DNA of 64,000 nucleotides, from the NCBI GenBank assembly GCA_032718475.1, contig JAUCBJ010003530.1, positions 48,835 to 112,834 on the forward strand. The letters are read 5' to 3'. The DNA is from Nemertoderma westbladi. Its lineage: Eukaryota > Animalia > Xenacoelomorpha. Below, in pieces: positions 53,446 to 64,000 of the stretch. The position numbers and the translations under genes are program-made. How positions within the stretch are numbered: the stretch's first letter is position 1; each line of letters begins with the position of its first letter. Below the pieces are notes generated by a model. That model was not told the origin of the DNA. It saw only the letters and a list, made by a program, of their open reading frames with translations, and searched no databases.

Positions 53446-55016
53446 GAACTTAGATCCTACGTGTGAACCTAAAACCTAGGTCTGAATTTAGATCCTACGT
53501 GTGAACCTAAAACCTAGGTCTGAATTTAGATCATAGGTCTGAATTTAGATCATAGGTCTGAATTTATAGATCATATGTCTGAACATAGATCATAGGTCTG
53601 AACTTAGATCATATGTCTGAATTTAGATCCTAGGTCTGAATTTAGATCCTAGGTCTGAATTTAGATCCTAGGTCTGAACTTATAGATCATATGTCTGAAC
53701 TTAGATCATAGGTCTGAATTTAGATCCTAGGTCTGAACTTATAGATCATATGTCTGAACTTAGATCATAGGTCTGAACTTAAAGATCATAGGTCTGAACT
53801 TTGATCATATGTCTGAACTTAGATCCTAGGTCTGAACTTATAGATCATATGTCTGAACTTAGATCATAGGTCTGAATTTAGATCCTAGGTCTGAACTTAT
53901 AGATCATAGGTCTGAATTTAGATCATAGGTCTGAATTTATAGATCATATGTCTGAACATAGATCATAGGTCTGAACTTAGATCATATGTCTGAATTTAGA
54001 TCCTAGGTCTGAATTTAGATCCTAGGTCTGAATTTAGATCCTAGGTCTGAACTTATAGATCATATGTCTGAACTTAGATCATAGGTCTGAATTTAGATCC
54101 TAGGTCTGAACTTATAGATCATATGTCTGAACTTAGATCATAGGTCTGAACTTATAGATCATAGGTCTGAACTTATAGATCATAGGTCTGAACTTAGATC
54201 ATAGGTCTGAACTTATAGATCATAGGTCTGAACTGAGATCCGGGGGTGTGAACTTAGATCCTGGGTGTGAACCTAAAACCTAGGTCTGAATTTAGATCCT
54301 AGGTCTGAACTTAGATCATATGTCTGAACATAGATCCTAGGTCTGAATTTAGATCATAGGTCTGAACTTATAGATCATAGATCTGAACTTAGATCATACG
54401 TCTGAACTTATAGATCATAGGTCTGAACTTAGATCATAGGTCTGAACTTATAGATCATAGGTCTGAACTTAGATCATAGGTCTGAACTTAGATCATAGGT
54501 CTGCACTTAGATCATAGGTCTGAACTTAGATCATAGCTTTTAACTTATAGATCATAGGTCTGAACTTAGATCATAGGTCTGCGCTTAGATCATAGGTCTG
54601 AAATTAGATCAAATGTCTGAACTTAGATCTTAGATCTGAACTTAGATCATAGGTCTGAACTTATAGATCATAGGTGTGAACTTAGATCATAGGTCTGCAC
54701 TTAGATCATAGGTCTGAACTTAGATCATAGCTTTTAACTTATAGATCATAGGTCTGAACTTAGATCATAGGTCTGCGCTTAGATCATAGGTCTGAAATTA
54801 GATCAAATGTCTGAACTTAGATCTTAGATCTGAACTAAGATCATAGGTCTGAACTTATAGATCATAGGTCTGAACTTAGATCATATGTCTGCGCTTAGAT
54901 CATATGTCTGAACTTAGATCATATGTCTGAACTTAGATCATAGATCTGAACGTAGATCATAGGTCTGAACTTTTAGATCATGGGTCTGTACTTAGATGTT
55001 AGGTCTGAACTTAGAT
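53446..55016. repeat. 19-bp minisatellite AGGTCTGAACTTAGATCAT (21-bp +TA variants), ~80 copies
   Basis: Direct tandem repeats with local larger duplications (e.g. ~195-bp period at 54500/54695). Confidence 0.97.
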
Positions 55017-55419
55017 ATATAAAAATAGCAGATATATAAATAAAGATATATAAATATAGCAGATAAAATGATACACTGACTGTGATGTTCTTAGTTCTTA
55101 CTATACCAAAGTATAACGTACAGAAACATACAGAACACAATAGACCAATATAATAATGCCTAGCGACTTCAGTACTGTGTACACTGATCAGTTGTACAAT
55201 GTTGGCGCTTTTATACAAAAAGCGCCAACAGAATAGAATATGTAGAATGAATAGAATGTTCTCGATCGAGAGAAATGTTTTTTCCAATCACAACTGCCAA
55301 AATGTATATAGGGCGGCCACATACTACAGCAATACTGTACAATCTGCATATGGGGTGAGCCATATTCTAGTAAACCACCTCAATAATGACAGGGTATTGC
55401 CTGTTAACTTTATAGAAGT

Positions 55420-57520
55420 AAAAATGTCTGAGTCTGTACTCCCAGATATTCCCATTGGCGATATCTCCTTTGCAGAAGTGAAGGCTGCTGCAAAGAGCAT
55501 TAAGACCAATCGTGCCAGTGGAGTAGATGGTGTTCCCCCTGAGGTCTTTAAAATACCTGAGTGTTTAAAGCTCATCTATCCCATCATATTTATTAATTTA
55601 GTTGCGCCATGGTACTGGCATTATGGTAGATAAAAACGGTATTTAATTAAATCAAATAAATAAGTAAAAACGTTAAAGAGTTAAAAGAGTTCGGTAAATT
55701 ACGTATCACTAGAGGCCCAGGAGGTTAGCGTTCGCGAGTTTTCCTTGCATGTTAGTAGGTGGTATAGCGGGGCCGGGTCTCCGCACAGCAGACATACACA
55801 GCTCTCCAGGTTGGGGGCATGAAATTTATCTGTCGCACAGATCTTATGATGAAATCCGTGGACCGATACCCGTGTTGTTACGTGCCGACCGGATTGGTTA
55901 GGTTCTGTCCATTTTCGGTTCTGGAATGCCGGGCTGCTCCAGAACTCGACCGGAATTTCCGACTTCTTGGTTACGATATCTGCTCTATATTCCATCAAGG
56001 CAGCCGTATCGTTTAGGTGCAGATTACAAATGATGTCCTCAACTAGAGTGTTCTCCCCGCACAAAGCTATCACAAGGCAATTCAATGTGCTTTTGTGTAC
56101 GCCCAGAGTTTTCTTTAGTCTTTACTCTGTCAATTGTATGGAGGTTCGCGGTAGTCAGGTGAGGCCAGATTAGATGTAGGTTGTACGTTATTATGGGTCG
56201 TATCTTTATGTTGAATACTTTTATAGCGGTCGCCAGAGAAAGATAACGCGGGTTTGTAATGTTGTGGATAGACATTATAGATTTACAACAGATATTTGTA
56301 ATGTGTGTCGAAAAGGATAACGTTGGCTGGAAAGTAACACCCAAATATGTGTAAGCGTTTCGGATTATAACAGGTTGCTGGTTGTAATAAAACTCATCTG
56401 GTTTACAAAGTTTACCTCCCCGTCGAAACTTGATCACGGCAGTTTTCTTTAAATTGACTGTGAGACCATTCAGAGCCGCCCACTCTGATAGAGCATTGAG
56501 GCCGGCTTGTAGACCTTCCCTGGTGTGTGAGTAAAACAGTAGATCGTCGGCAAACAGTAATATTACTAAAATGGCAGCCCGCTTGAGCGCATCTACCAGA
56601 TCCGCAATGTATAGTATAAATAAATAAGGACTGAGTGTATCACCCTGTAATAGGCCGATCAGCTGGCTTATTGGTTTGGTTTTACGCAACCCATCGTATA
56701 AACCATCATATATCCCATCATAGTAGACATGTACCGAACAACAAAAGTCCCACAAGAAATGAAAACAAATAAGTTGGTGCCAGTTCCCAAGAAGGGCAAC
56801 CTAACACTCTATGGTTCTTTTCGGGGAATTTCATTGATCTCGATTGCTGCAAAGCTATACAATAGAATTCTATTAAATCGCATCAGGGATCCCATTGAGA
56901 GACTGCTCCGTGGAAATCAGAATGGGTTCCGTAAAGGTCGTGGGACCATGGAGCCCATTTTGGCACTTAGAAGGATAATTGAAGAGTCTTTGATTCAGTC
57001 TCTCGCTCACGTATGTTCAGTATACTTTCAATATATGGGATTCCTGATGAAATTACAGCAGCAATCAAATCAGTATACGATGGTTCGACAACATTTGTGT
57101 CTACTGTTGACAGTGACACAGAACCATTTGAAGTGTTATGGGGCGTCCTCCAGGGAGACACACTTGCACCATTCTTGTTCATAATTGTGGTTGACTATGT
57201 TCTACGCATGTCCTTAGATCATCATAATGATGATGGGGTGATGATAACTCCACCTACTGGCACCAGAAGTCGAGGAAATCCTGCCAAGTACCTTACTGAT
57301 CTAGACTTTGCTGATGACCTAGGAGTAATCTCAGAATCACTAGAGGGAGCCCAACGGCTCCTCAGCTCATTAGAACAGGCTGCTTCTAGTGTTGGTCTTT
57401 TTATTAACTCCAGAAAGATCAAAATTTTGATAGTTAACTTTGAAAGTCCTCAGCAAGTCTCTGATCGGCTGAGCATAAGGATGGTATGCTTGAGCATGTG
57501 GACGACTTCTGTTACTTCTA
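55420..57520 (+). mobile_element. degenerate RTE-like LINE RT region, split by a nested LINE
   Basis: Peptides KTNRASGVDGVPPEVFK, LVPVPKKGNL..FRGISLISIAAKLYNRILLNRI, QNGFRKGR, GVLQGDTLAPFLF, LDFADDL. Internal deletion near 56988 (IIEE joined to FDSV). Confidence 0.92.
55589..56710 (-). mobile_element. 5'-truncated LINE (RT C-terminal half plus Cys/His finger), 12-bp TSD
   Basis: GLLQGDTLSPYLF, LLFADDL, YTYLGVTF, then a frameshift to CLLCGDPAPLYHLLTC. 3' end AATAAA. TSD TATCCCATCATA at 55577-55588 and 56711-56722. Confidence 0.93.
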
Positions 57521-58525
57521 GTAAACCACCACCATATGTAGTATTACAAGTATATCATTACACTGACCCAACATAATTAATATTAATTTAATTATAATTA
57601 ACGCAGTTAATCAAAATAAAGGCCAACAATTGATCAAATATGTCGTATGTCATGTAATTTAGGGTAGCAGTCTTGTCGTGATTTCTTAGGGGCTAGATAC
57701 TAGGCTAGGTTTGTTTTTGACCCCTAGGTTGACAGGTCAAATACTGTAGTTCTGGATCTTGGTGAAAACTCAGCTGTTTTCATCTTTACAGTATAATAGA
57801 AACAGATAGATAACTAGCTAATGCCCCCCAGTCCGGGTTTGTCCGGGGCATCAGTCACCATGTCAGGGCAACCGCACAGGTTTAAAACTACAATAATAAT
57901 TTATGATACTAAATGTGCCTTGTGTCAAGAGAACAAACTCTGGTTGATGTGCGTGCCAAGTCAAGTAAGCTTCTACAGTAATTGGCTGTGGTCTGGCTAC
58001 TAATATCATTAAGTAGCAACAGTAATGTGTGACTAATCGATGTTTGACTGATCTATGCAGTTAGTTTTCCCTTAACAAGAAAGTACTGGCTCAATATTAT
58101 GGGTTCACCTATAGTGATTAAACCCTGTGTACAATCTATGCAATATAATATAAATAATAATATAAATAATATTAATAAATAATATAATGGATAAACAATA
58201 TATATAATACGTTTACTGTTGGACAATAATATGGATTGCGCAACACCTGATCTAGCCTTTGTTTGGCCGCGACTCCCTAAAGCTACCTTGACTTTGTTAG
58301 GTAGTTTCTGGGGGAAGTGCTTAGAGGGATATTCCCGTAACAGTGTAAATGCTACTGCGACAGCCTACAGCACCCTTGATTCGCATTTAGTATGTATGAA
58401 TTGCTCACCAGTAATCCTTTCACTTATAAGGGGAAATGATTAGAGTATGACTATGACCACTTTACTGTGCACTGTTATAAGTGCACTCAATCTTAGGTTA
58501 TTGAACTTGACTGCCATTTGTGTCT

Positions 58526-58602
58526 TTCGGATTTAAGTGGCACAATTCGGATTTAAGTGGCACATTTCGGATTTAAGTGGCACATTTCGGATTTAAGTAA
58601 CA
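58526..58602. repeat. 20-bp tandem repeat TTCGGATTTAAGTGGCACA(A/T), ~4 copies
   Basis: Directly visible, ~240 bp upstream of the 219-aa ORF. Confidence 0.9.
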
Positions 58603-58839
58603 CGATATTATTCTTCTTTTTGGTTTTATGGAATATTGGTCATCTTCAAAAATGCCACAAAAGGTTAATAATTATGTTTTATGAAATATAATTATTATTA
58701 TATTTTGAATAAAATATAAAAATTAATTATAATATATAAATTAATATAAGTATAATAGAGTATCAGATTACTGATATAAAAAGTGGTTATTATCTGATTA
58801 CTAAATATCTATAAACTATTTGCACACGACAGTAGTAAT

Positions 58840-59499
58840 ATGGATATTGAGTTTACGAAAATGTTATTAGTCGCCATTTCTATAGTTACAGAAATGGTTA
58901 TGGATGTTTCAGCCATTGCATGTATGGAGAAACAAACCATGATTTCTTATAAAACAACCCGTCCCGACCTGCTTCCGGATAACATCGATTGGCATTTAGA
59001 AAATCCTGGTGTCAATCAAACGTATTGTACCACCTGCGGGATGCTTTTCTCACAAGTGCCAGGAATATTCTCTTTAAACAACAACGTTCTGAAAGGTTTG
59101 ATATACATCAGGTACTTATTGTGCAATACAAAAGGTATCTGCAGGGACAAGATCAACGTAGAAGAGTGCAACAAGGAGTTCAATGATGAACACATCAGTG
59201 ATAGCGAATTTTACGATACCGATCTGACACATGCAAGTTGCCAGTATGTATGTTGTAACGGGACAGAAGCCTGCAACAATCTCGAAGACAGGGTGTGGGA
59301 ACACGACTATCTCGATCCCAATGGAGAGGTTGATTGGAGTGATCCCGTGTTTGAACCGATTACAACAGAACCGACTACAGCAGAGACCGATTCTCCAACA
59401 ACGGCTGAAATATTGGCAACAACATCTAGTGTGGCAAATCATCTCAATGGAGTTCTTGTTACTATTCTGTTGGCAGTAACTATTTATTATAACTTTTAA
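58840..59499 (+). CDS. Ly6/uPAR (three-finger)-like cell-surface protein, probably GPI-anchored, single coding exon
   Basis: 219-aa ATG-to-TAA ORF outside any repeat. N-terminal leader (..VSA|IAC), 10 Cys ending in CCNGTEACN, sequons NQT and NGT, Thr/Pro/Glu stalk, SS followed by a hydrophobic tail GVLVTILLAVTIYYNF. Confidence 0.8.
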   Translation: MDIEFTKMLLVAISIVTEMVMDVSAIACMEKQTMISYKTTRPDLLPDNIDWHLENPGVNQTYCTTCGMLFSQVPGIFSLNNNVLKGLIYIRYLLCNTKGICRDKINVEECNKEFNDEHISDSEFYDTDLTHASCQYVCCNGTEACNNLEDRVWEHDYLDPNGEVDWSDPVFEPITTEPTTAETDSPTTAEILATTSSVANHLNGVLVTILLAVTIYYNF

Positions 59500-59820
59500 C
59501 TTATACTGATTACCAGTAACTTCTTTGGTGAAGGTTTCCTTCTGAAACTAAATATTATTTTAAAAGCTACGCAGTTCAAAACTTATCATATTATTCTCTC
59601 ATCAATCTAAAAATTCGCTAAAATATTTCCATAAATTTACATTAGATCGTATTTATGTTACTTACAATAATATCAAATGTACTGTATACATATGTTTCGT
59701 ATTTACATAGACAACCAGATTTGACTGACTTATGTAGCCTATCTATGCCTATTAAAATCTTCCTTATTGAAATCTTACATTGTTTTATCGAGCAACATCT
59801 TAAAGAAAGTCAGTGTAAAC

Positions 59821-60050
59821 CGGTATGGGACAATTGCCCCCCCACCCCGGACATATGCCCCCCCCCCCTCCCATGGAAAATTGCCAAGGAGGACAATTAT
59901 TGCCCCTCCGGACATATTGCCCCCCGTCACCTCTGGACAATTGCGAAGGAGGACAATTGCCCCCAGAAACATTGCCCCCTGGACAATTTCCCCGCGCAAC
60001 AATTGCCCCCGAGGACACTTACCCACCGAAAAATAGATTGCCACCAAGGA
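59821..60050. mobile_element. single arm of a foldback/MITE-like element made of GGACAATTGCCCCC units
   Basis: About 8 degenerate tandem motifs starting CGGTATGGGACAATTGCC. No inverted partner arm seen. Confidence 0.5.
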
Positions 60051-60742
60051 AAATTGCGAAATAAATAAATTCGTTCCTAACTAGCAAGTTAGTCAAGTTC
60101 CTAACTTGTTGCAACATTAAAAAATTTGTATATATTATATAAAATTAATGTTTGCTTATTATTATTTTTTTAGTAATATAAATAAAAATTCATTTTTTGG
60201 GGTTGGGCTAGGCTGGAGCATTTAAAGCACTTGCCCAAGAACGTCACCACTATAGGATTTCACTTTTCGGTCGACTTTTTATTGGAATTTTATATATGAA
60301 GATTTTTATTTTTATTAATTTATCTTTATTAAGTGATTTATAGCGCTTAATTCTGTCTTATAACCTGTACATATACTAATTTGTTTATTGTTTTGGTTAG
60401 ATTCGGCACGTGGTTAGATTCAGGCGGTAACCTGTATTTTGGTGAAAACCTGGTATTCTTCACATGGGGGTAACTGCAAAGTGAAATATAACGGCAGAAA
60501 GTCTGGTATTCTTCACGTGGGCCGAGATATTCCCCCCCAAATGATTATCGAACTCGCCCCACCTATTGGGGCTACGTCGATTTTTTTTTTTATAAAAAAT
60601 TATTTTAATTTTAATTTATATTTTAATTTTATTGTGTACTGCAACAGATTACAGGGTTATTAGATTCCAATACTTTAATAGTGTGAACGTTCTCAAAGTA
60701 CTCTCAAAAAGTACTCAAAGGCCTCACATTGGCAGTCCTTAA

Positions 60743-63232
60743 GCCTATTAAACCCGGGGGGGGGGGGGGGGGGGGGTCAATATGACCCCCCCCGTGGTTT
60801 TTTTATTGTTGCAGTTGGGAATCTGAAATTTTATGACTTTTCCTAAAAATCTATTGTCTTCCTAGTAGTGAAAACCGTTTTCAAAAATATTGGGTAGTTT
60901 TCGAGTTATAGCACCATTTTTTAACCCTACTTTTGGCACTTTTTTTGAGACGTATTTTGAAAATTACATTTCATTAAATATGAATTGTAACATCTCTATT
61001 ATTGATTCACACCGGTTTTTTGGTGTTAGCAATTGGATGGAATTCATATAAATTGATTTAGAAATTTCAAACTTGTTTTTTTCGGCGGGTGCCAATTTTT
61101 GGTGCCAGCACCAAATTTTGAAATATGTCAATTTTGTAAATTGATTGTGTGAAACTTGTTTTTTATCGCAATTGGGGTTTTTTGGGGTTCTGGTTTCGAT
61201 GAAATATATACGAGTTGCACCAAGCGGGATAGTTCTAAATTAGGAAAACACTAGTAAAACGGTAAAACACTAGGAAAACATAAGAAAAGTACTGTAAAAC
61301 ACCCGGAAAACAGTGAAAATATTGATCAGCAGGGAATTTAACACATGTACTTCTCTGAATTGACAATCCTAAATGTACTCCTCGCATAGCACCCCTTAAG
61401 TAATCACCGTAAAACATCGGGAAAACACTATAAAAACACTATAAACCTTCCGGAAAACAGTGAAAAAATTGATCAGCATTAAATTTTACCTATATGCTGC
61501 AAAAAAATAAATTGAAAGAGTCTAATACGGCCCAGAAAGCTTGTTGCCAGGCAACCAAAGAACTGTAACCAATCAGCATACGGTGCAGTATCAGTACAGC
61601 AGTACTATCCTTGTTTTACCGGTCAGTCAGTAGAGGCGCAAAGTATCAGTATTGCTGTATTCTGGTAGGCCTATTACCTGATTACAGATTACAGTATTAG
61701 TGCTGTAGTGCAGTAGTGTATTCCAGTATTCAGATATTGCAGTATTGTTAGGGTTAGTTAAAGCTGTAAATATTTCTATATACTGCACCGTATGCTGATT
61801 GGTTACAGTTCTTTGGTTGCCTGGCAACAAGCTTTCTGGGCAGTATTAGACTCTTTCAATTTATTTTTTTGCAGCATATAGGTAAAATTTAATGCTGATC
61901 AATTTTTTCACTGTTTTCCGGAAGGTTTATAGTGTTTTTATAGTGTTTTCCCGATGTTTTACGGTGATTACTTAAGGGGTGCTATGCGAGGAGTACATTT
62001 AGGATTGTCAATTCAGAGAAGTACATGTGTTAAATTCCCTGCTGATCAATATTTTCACTGTTTTCCGTCTGTTTTACAGTACTTTTCCTATGTTTTCCTA
62101 GTGTTTTACTGTTTTACTAGTGTTTTCCTAATTTAGAATCATCCCACCAAGCGTATCAAACTTGTATTTTTCGGTGGTGGGTGCAAATTTTGGTGCTAGC
62201 ACAAAATTTTGAAAATCCATTCAATTGATAAAATTGTTTGTGACAATTTATTTCTTGCGTTTTAGAGGTTTATGGCTATTCTGAATTGAATGGAATATAT
62301 ATATAATTTTCGATCTAGGCATCTCAATCTTGTATTTTTCGTAAATGGGTGCAAAATGTGGTGCTAGCACCAAATTTTGAATAACATCCAATATATAAAT
62401 TGATTGTGTCACCTTGTTTCTTGCGTTATACGGGTTTGTGAGGCTTCTGAATTCAATGGAATCAGTAAAAATTTCACGAGAGTTTTCAAACTTGTATTTT
62501 TCGCCGGTGGGTGAAAATTGTTGTGCCAGCACCAAATTTTGGGAAATAAGCAAATTGATCAGTAGATAGTAATCTTGTTTATTGCGTTATACGGGTTTAT
62601 GAGGGTCCTGAATCCGATGGAATCAATAAAAACAGCACTGGACATCGCAAACTTGTACTTTTTGGTGATGGGTACAAAATTTGGTCCTAGCACCAAAATT
62701 TGCCAAATTACGTCGAAAAATACAAGTACTAATGATGGAATGTATTCCATTAGAATCAGCGCCCTAGAAAACCTGAAAATGTGAATTTATAGCATAGTAT
62801 AAGTGAATTAAAAAATTTGTGTTCTAACTGAAAAGTGCTGGTTACTTGTTTTTTTCATTTTTTTCCTACGCAGAGAGGACTAAACAGTCATTTATAGTAA
62901 TCATATCATTTTTAAATATTTTCCAATGTATTTTGCGCCCCAGAAAACCTGTATTGAAAAACAATCAGCCAAAAAATTTAACTTTCAAATTTTGTGAAAA
63001 TTGTGCACTACTTGTAATTTTTGTGCTGCAATATAACCACCCCAGTACATTTTTTCAACAATTTTTTTTTCGGTCTGATCCTGACTAGTGATACCTACGT
63101 ACAAACAAAAAATCAGACGTTTTCGTAAAAATTTGTAGATTTTAGAGGGGGATGGGGGGGGGGGGGGTCAATATGACCCCCCCCCCCCAACCCGGTATTT
63201 GTACAACATTTTATAGCCCGGTACTAATAGGG
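60743..63232. mobile_element. non-autonomous piggyBac-like element
   Basis: TTAA on both sides (60739-60742, 63233-63236). Ends GCCTATTAAACCCGGG / CCCGGTACTAATAGGG. Subterminal GGGGGGGTCAATATGACCCCCCC palindromes at both ends. Internal ~120-bp degenerate repeats. Confidence 0.85.
61227..62144. mobile_element. non-autonomous Mutator-like element with 365-bp TIRs, nested in the piggyBac-like element
   Basis: Near-perfect inverted arms 61227-61591 and 61780-62144; perfect 9-bp TSD CACCAAGCG (61218-61226, 62145-62153). Confidence 0.93.
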
Positions 63233-63236
63233 TTAA

Positions 63237-63574
63237 GTTTCCGATGAAATCTGTGTGACCCATTCAATGCTGCCCATGCCTTTCCCTTACGTATTCGAAG
63301 GTCCTCACCTGACTTCCGGGTCCATATGATCCCATATAACAAAAGTCGTCCACATGCTCAAGCATACCATCCTTTGAGCTTATGCTCATCCGATCAGAGA
63401 CTTGCTGAGGACTGTCAAAGTTAACTGTCAAAACTTTGGTCTTTCTGGAGTTAATAAAAAGACCAACACTAGAAGCAGCATGTTCTAATGAGCTGAGGAG
63501 CCGTTGGGCTCCCTCTAGTGATTCTGAGAGTACTCCTAAGTCATCAGCAAAGTCTAGATCAGTTAGGTACTTGA
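63237..63574 (-). mobile_element. second copy of the RTE-like LINE (fragment)
   Basis: Reverse complement closely matches 57285-57515 (KYLTDLDFADDLGVLSESLEGAQRLLSSLE) and continues to IRKGKAWAAL. Cut at the piggyBac TTAA. Confidence 0.9.
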
Positions 63575-63756
63575 CCCCATAATGAATGCATGCTCAACAA
63601 ACAACAAAGTGTACGTGCAAGAGACTGAATCAAGTCTTGAAGAAGTCAACAAAGATAACAGCCAGATGTCTGTCTTTCTTTTTTAACAACTGTTCAATTA
63701 TCCTTCCGAAGTGCCAAAATGGACTCCATGGTCCCACGACCTTTACGGAACCCAAA

Positions 63757-63908
63757 ACATATCCTGCTACACTCACTACTGGTTGAACATCTTCAGCTAC
63801 ACTCACTATGTGTTGAACATCTCCATTTACACTCACTACTGGGTGAAAATTTCCAGCTACACTCACTACCGGTTGAACATCTCCAGCTACACACACTACT
63901 GGTTGAAC
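63757..63908. repeat. 30-bp tandem repeat (CATCTCCAGCTACACTCACTACTGGTTGAA-like), 5 copies
   Basis: Directly visible, degenerate copies. Confidence 0.9.
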
Positions 63909-64000
63909 CAAACAATTTTGAAACGCTGAGAGTGATAAATCGAAGAGTTGTCCGAAAATGGAGTACCCCCCCCCCCCCCCAGTAGTATACATTACATGGA

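Noticed and set aside
57814-57855. Minus-strand Helitron 3' end of another family (GC hairpin + CTAG|T)
   Set aside because: Single occurrence with an imperfect hairpin and no 5' end or second copy.
58775-58815. TATA boxes upstream of the 219-aa ORF
   Set aside because: The region is extremely AT-rich, so such matches are expected by chance; no TSS evidence.
59655-60068. Pro/Gly-rich ORFs on both strands
   Set aside because: Translations of the GGACAATTGCCCCC repeat arm.
61235-62136. Twin 60-aa ORFs on opposite strands
   Set aside because: Mirror products of the 365-bp TIRs.
63586-63992. ORFs across the 30-bp repeat, including a frame with a TGA in every unit (readthrough/selenocysteine idea)
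   Set aside because: Low-complexity repeat translations with no recognisable domain or SECIS; the window ends here.

Overview
AT-rich eukaryotic (probably invertebrate) heterochromatin-like DNA, almost all repeats; no prokaryotic genes, CRISPR arrays or rRNA. 1-21050: a 24-bp satellite with layered higher-order structure; its giant ORFs are artefacts. 22573-50778: about 20 copies of one ~1.27-kb non-autonomous rolling-circle (Helitron-like) family. It combines canonical TC...CTAG/CTCG ends and TSD-free A|T or G|T insertion with HINE/DINE-1-type subterminal inverted repeats, carries RFX X-box-like palindromes every ~150 bp, and repeatedly inserts into itself, apparently also as multi-element composites. 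The cluster abuts, and probably interrupts, a decayed HMGXB3/Zisupton(KDZ)-like transposase gene. 50.8-64 kb: LINE fragments (one nested in another with a 12-bp TSD), a 19-bp minisatellite, Mutator-like and piggyBac-like non-autonomous elements, and one credible host gene, an intronless Ly6/uPAR-like, probably GPI-anchored protein (58840-59499). All family assignments were made by eye from structure and remembered motifs; no searches were run.
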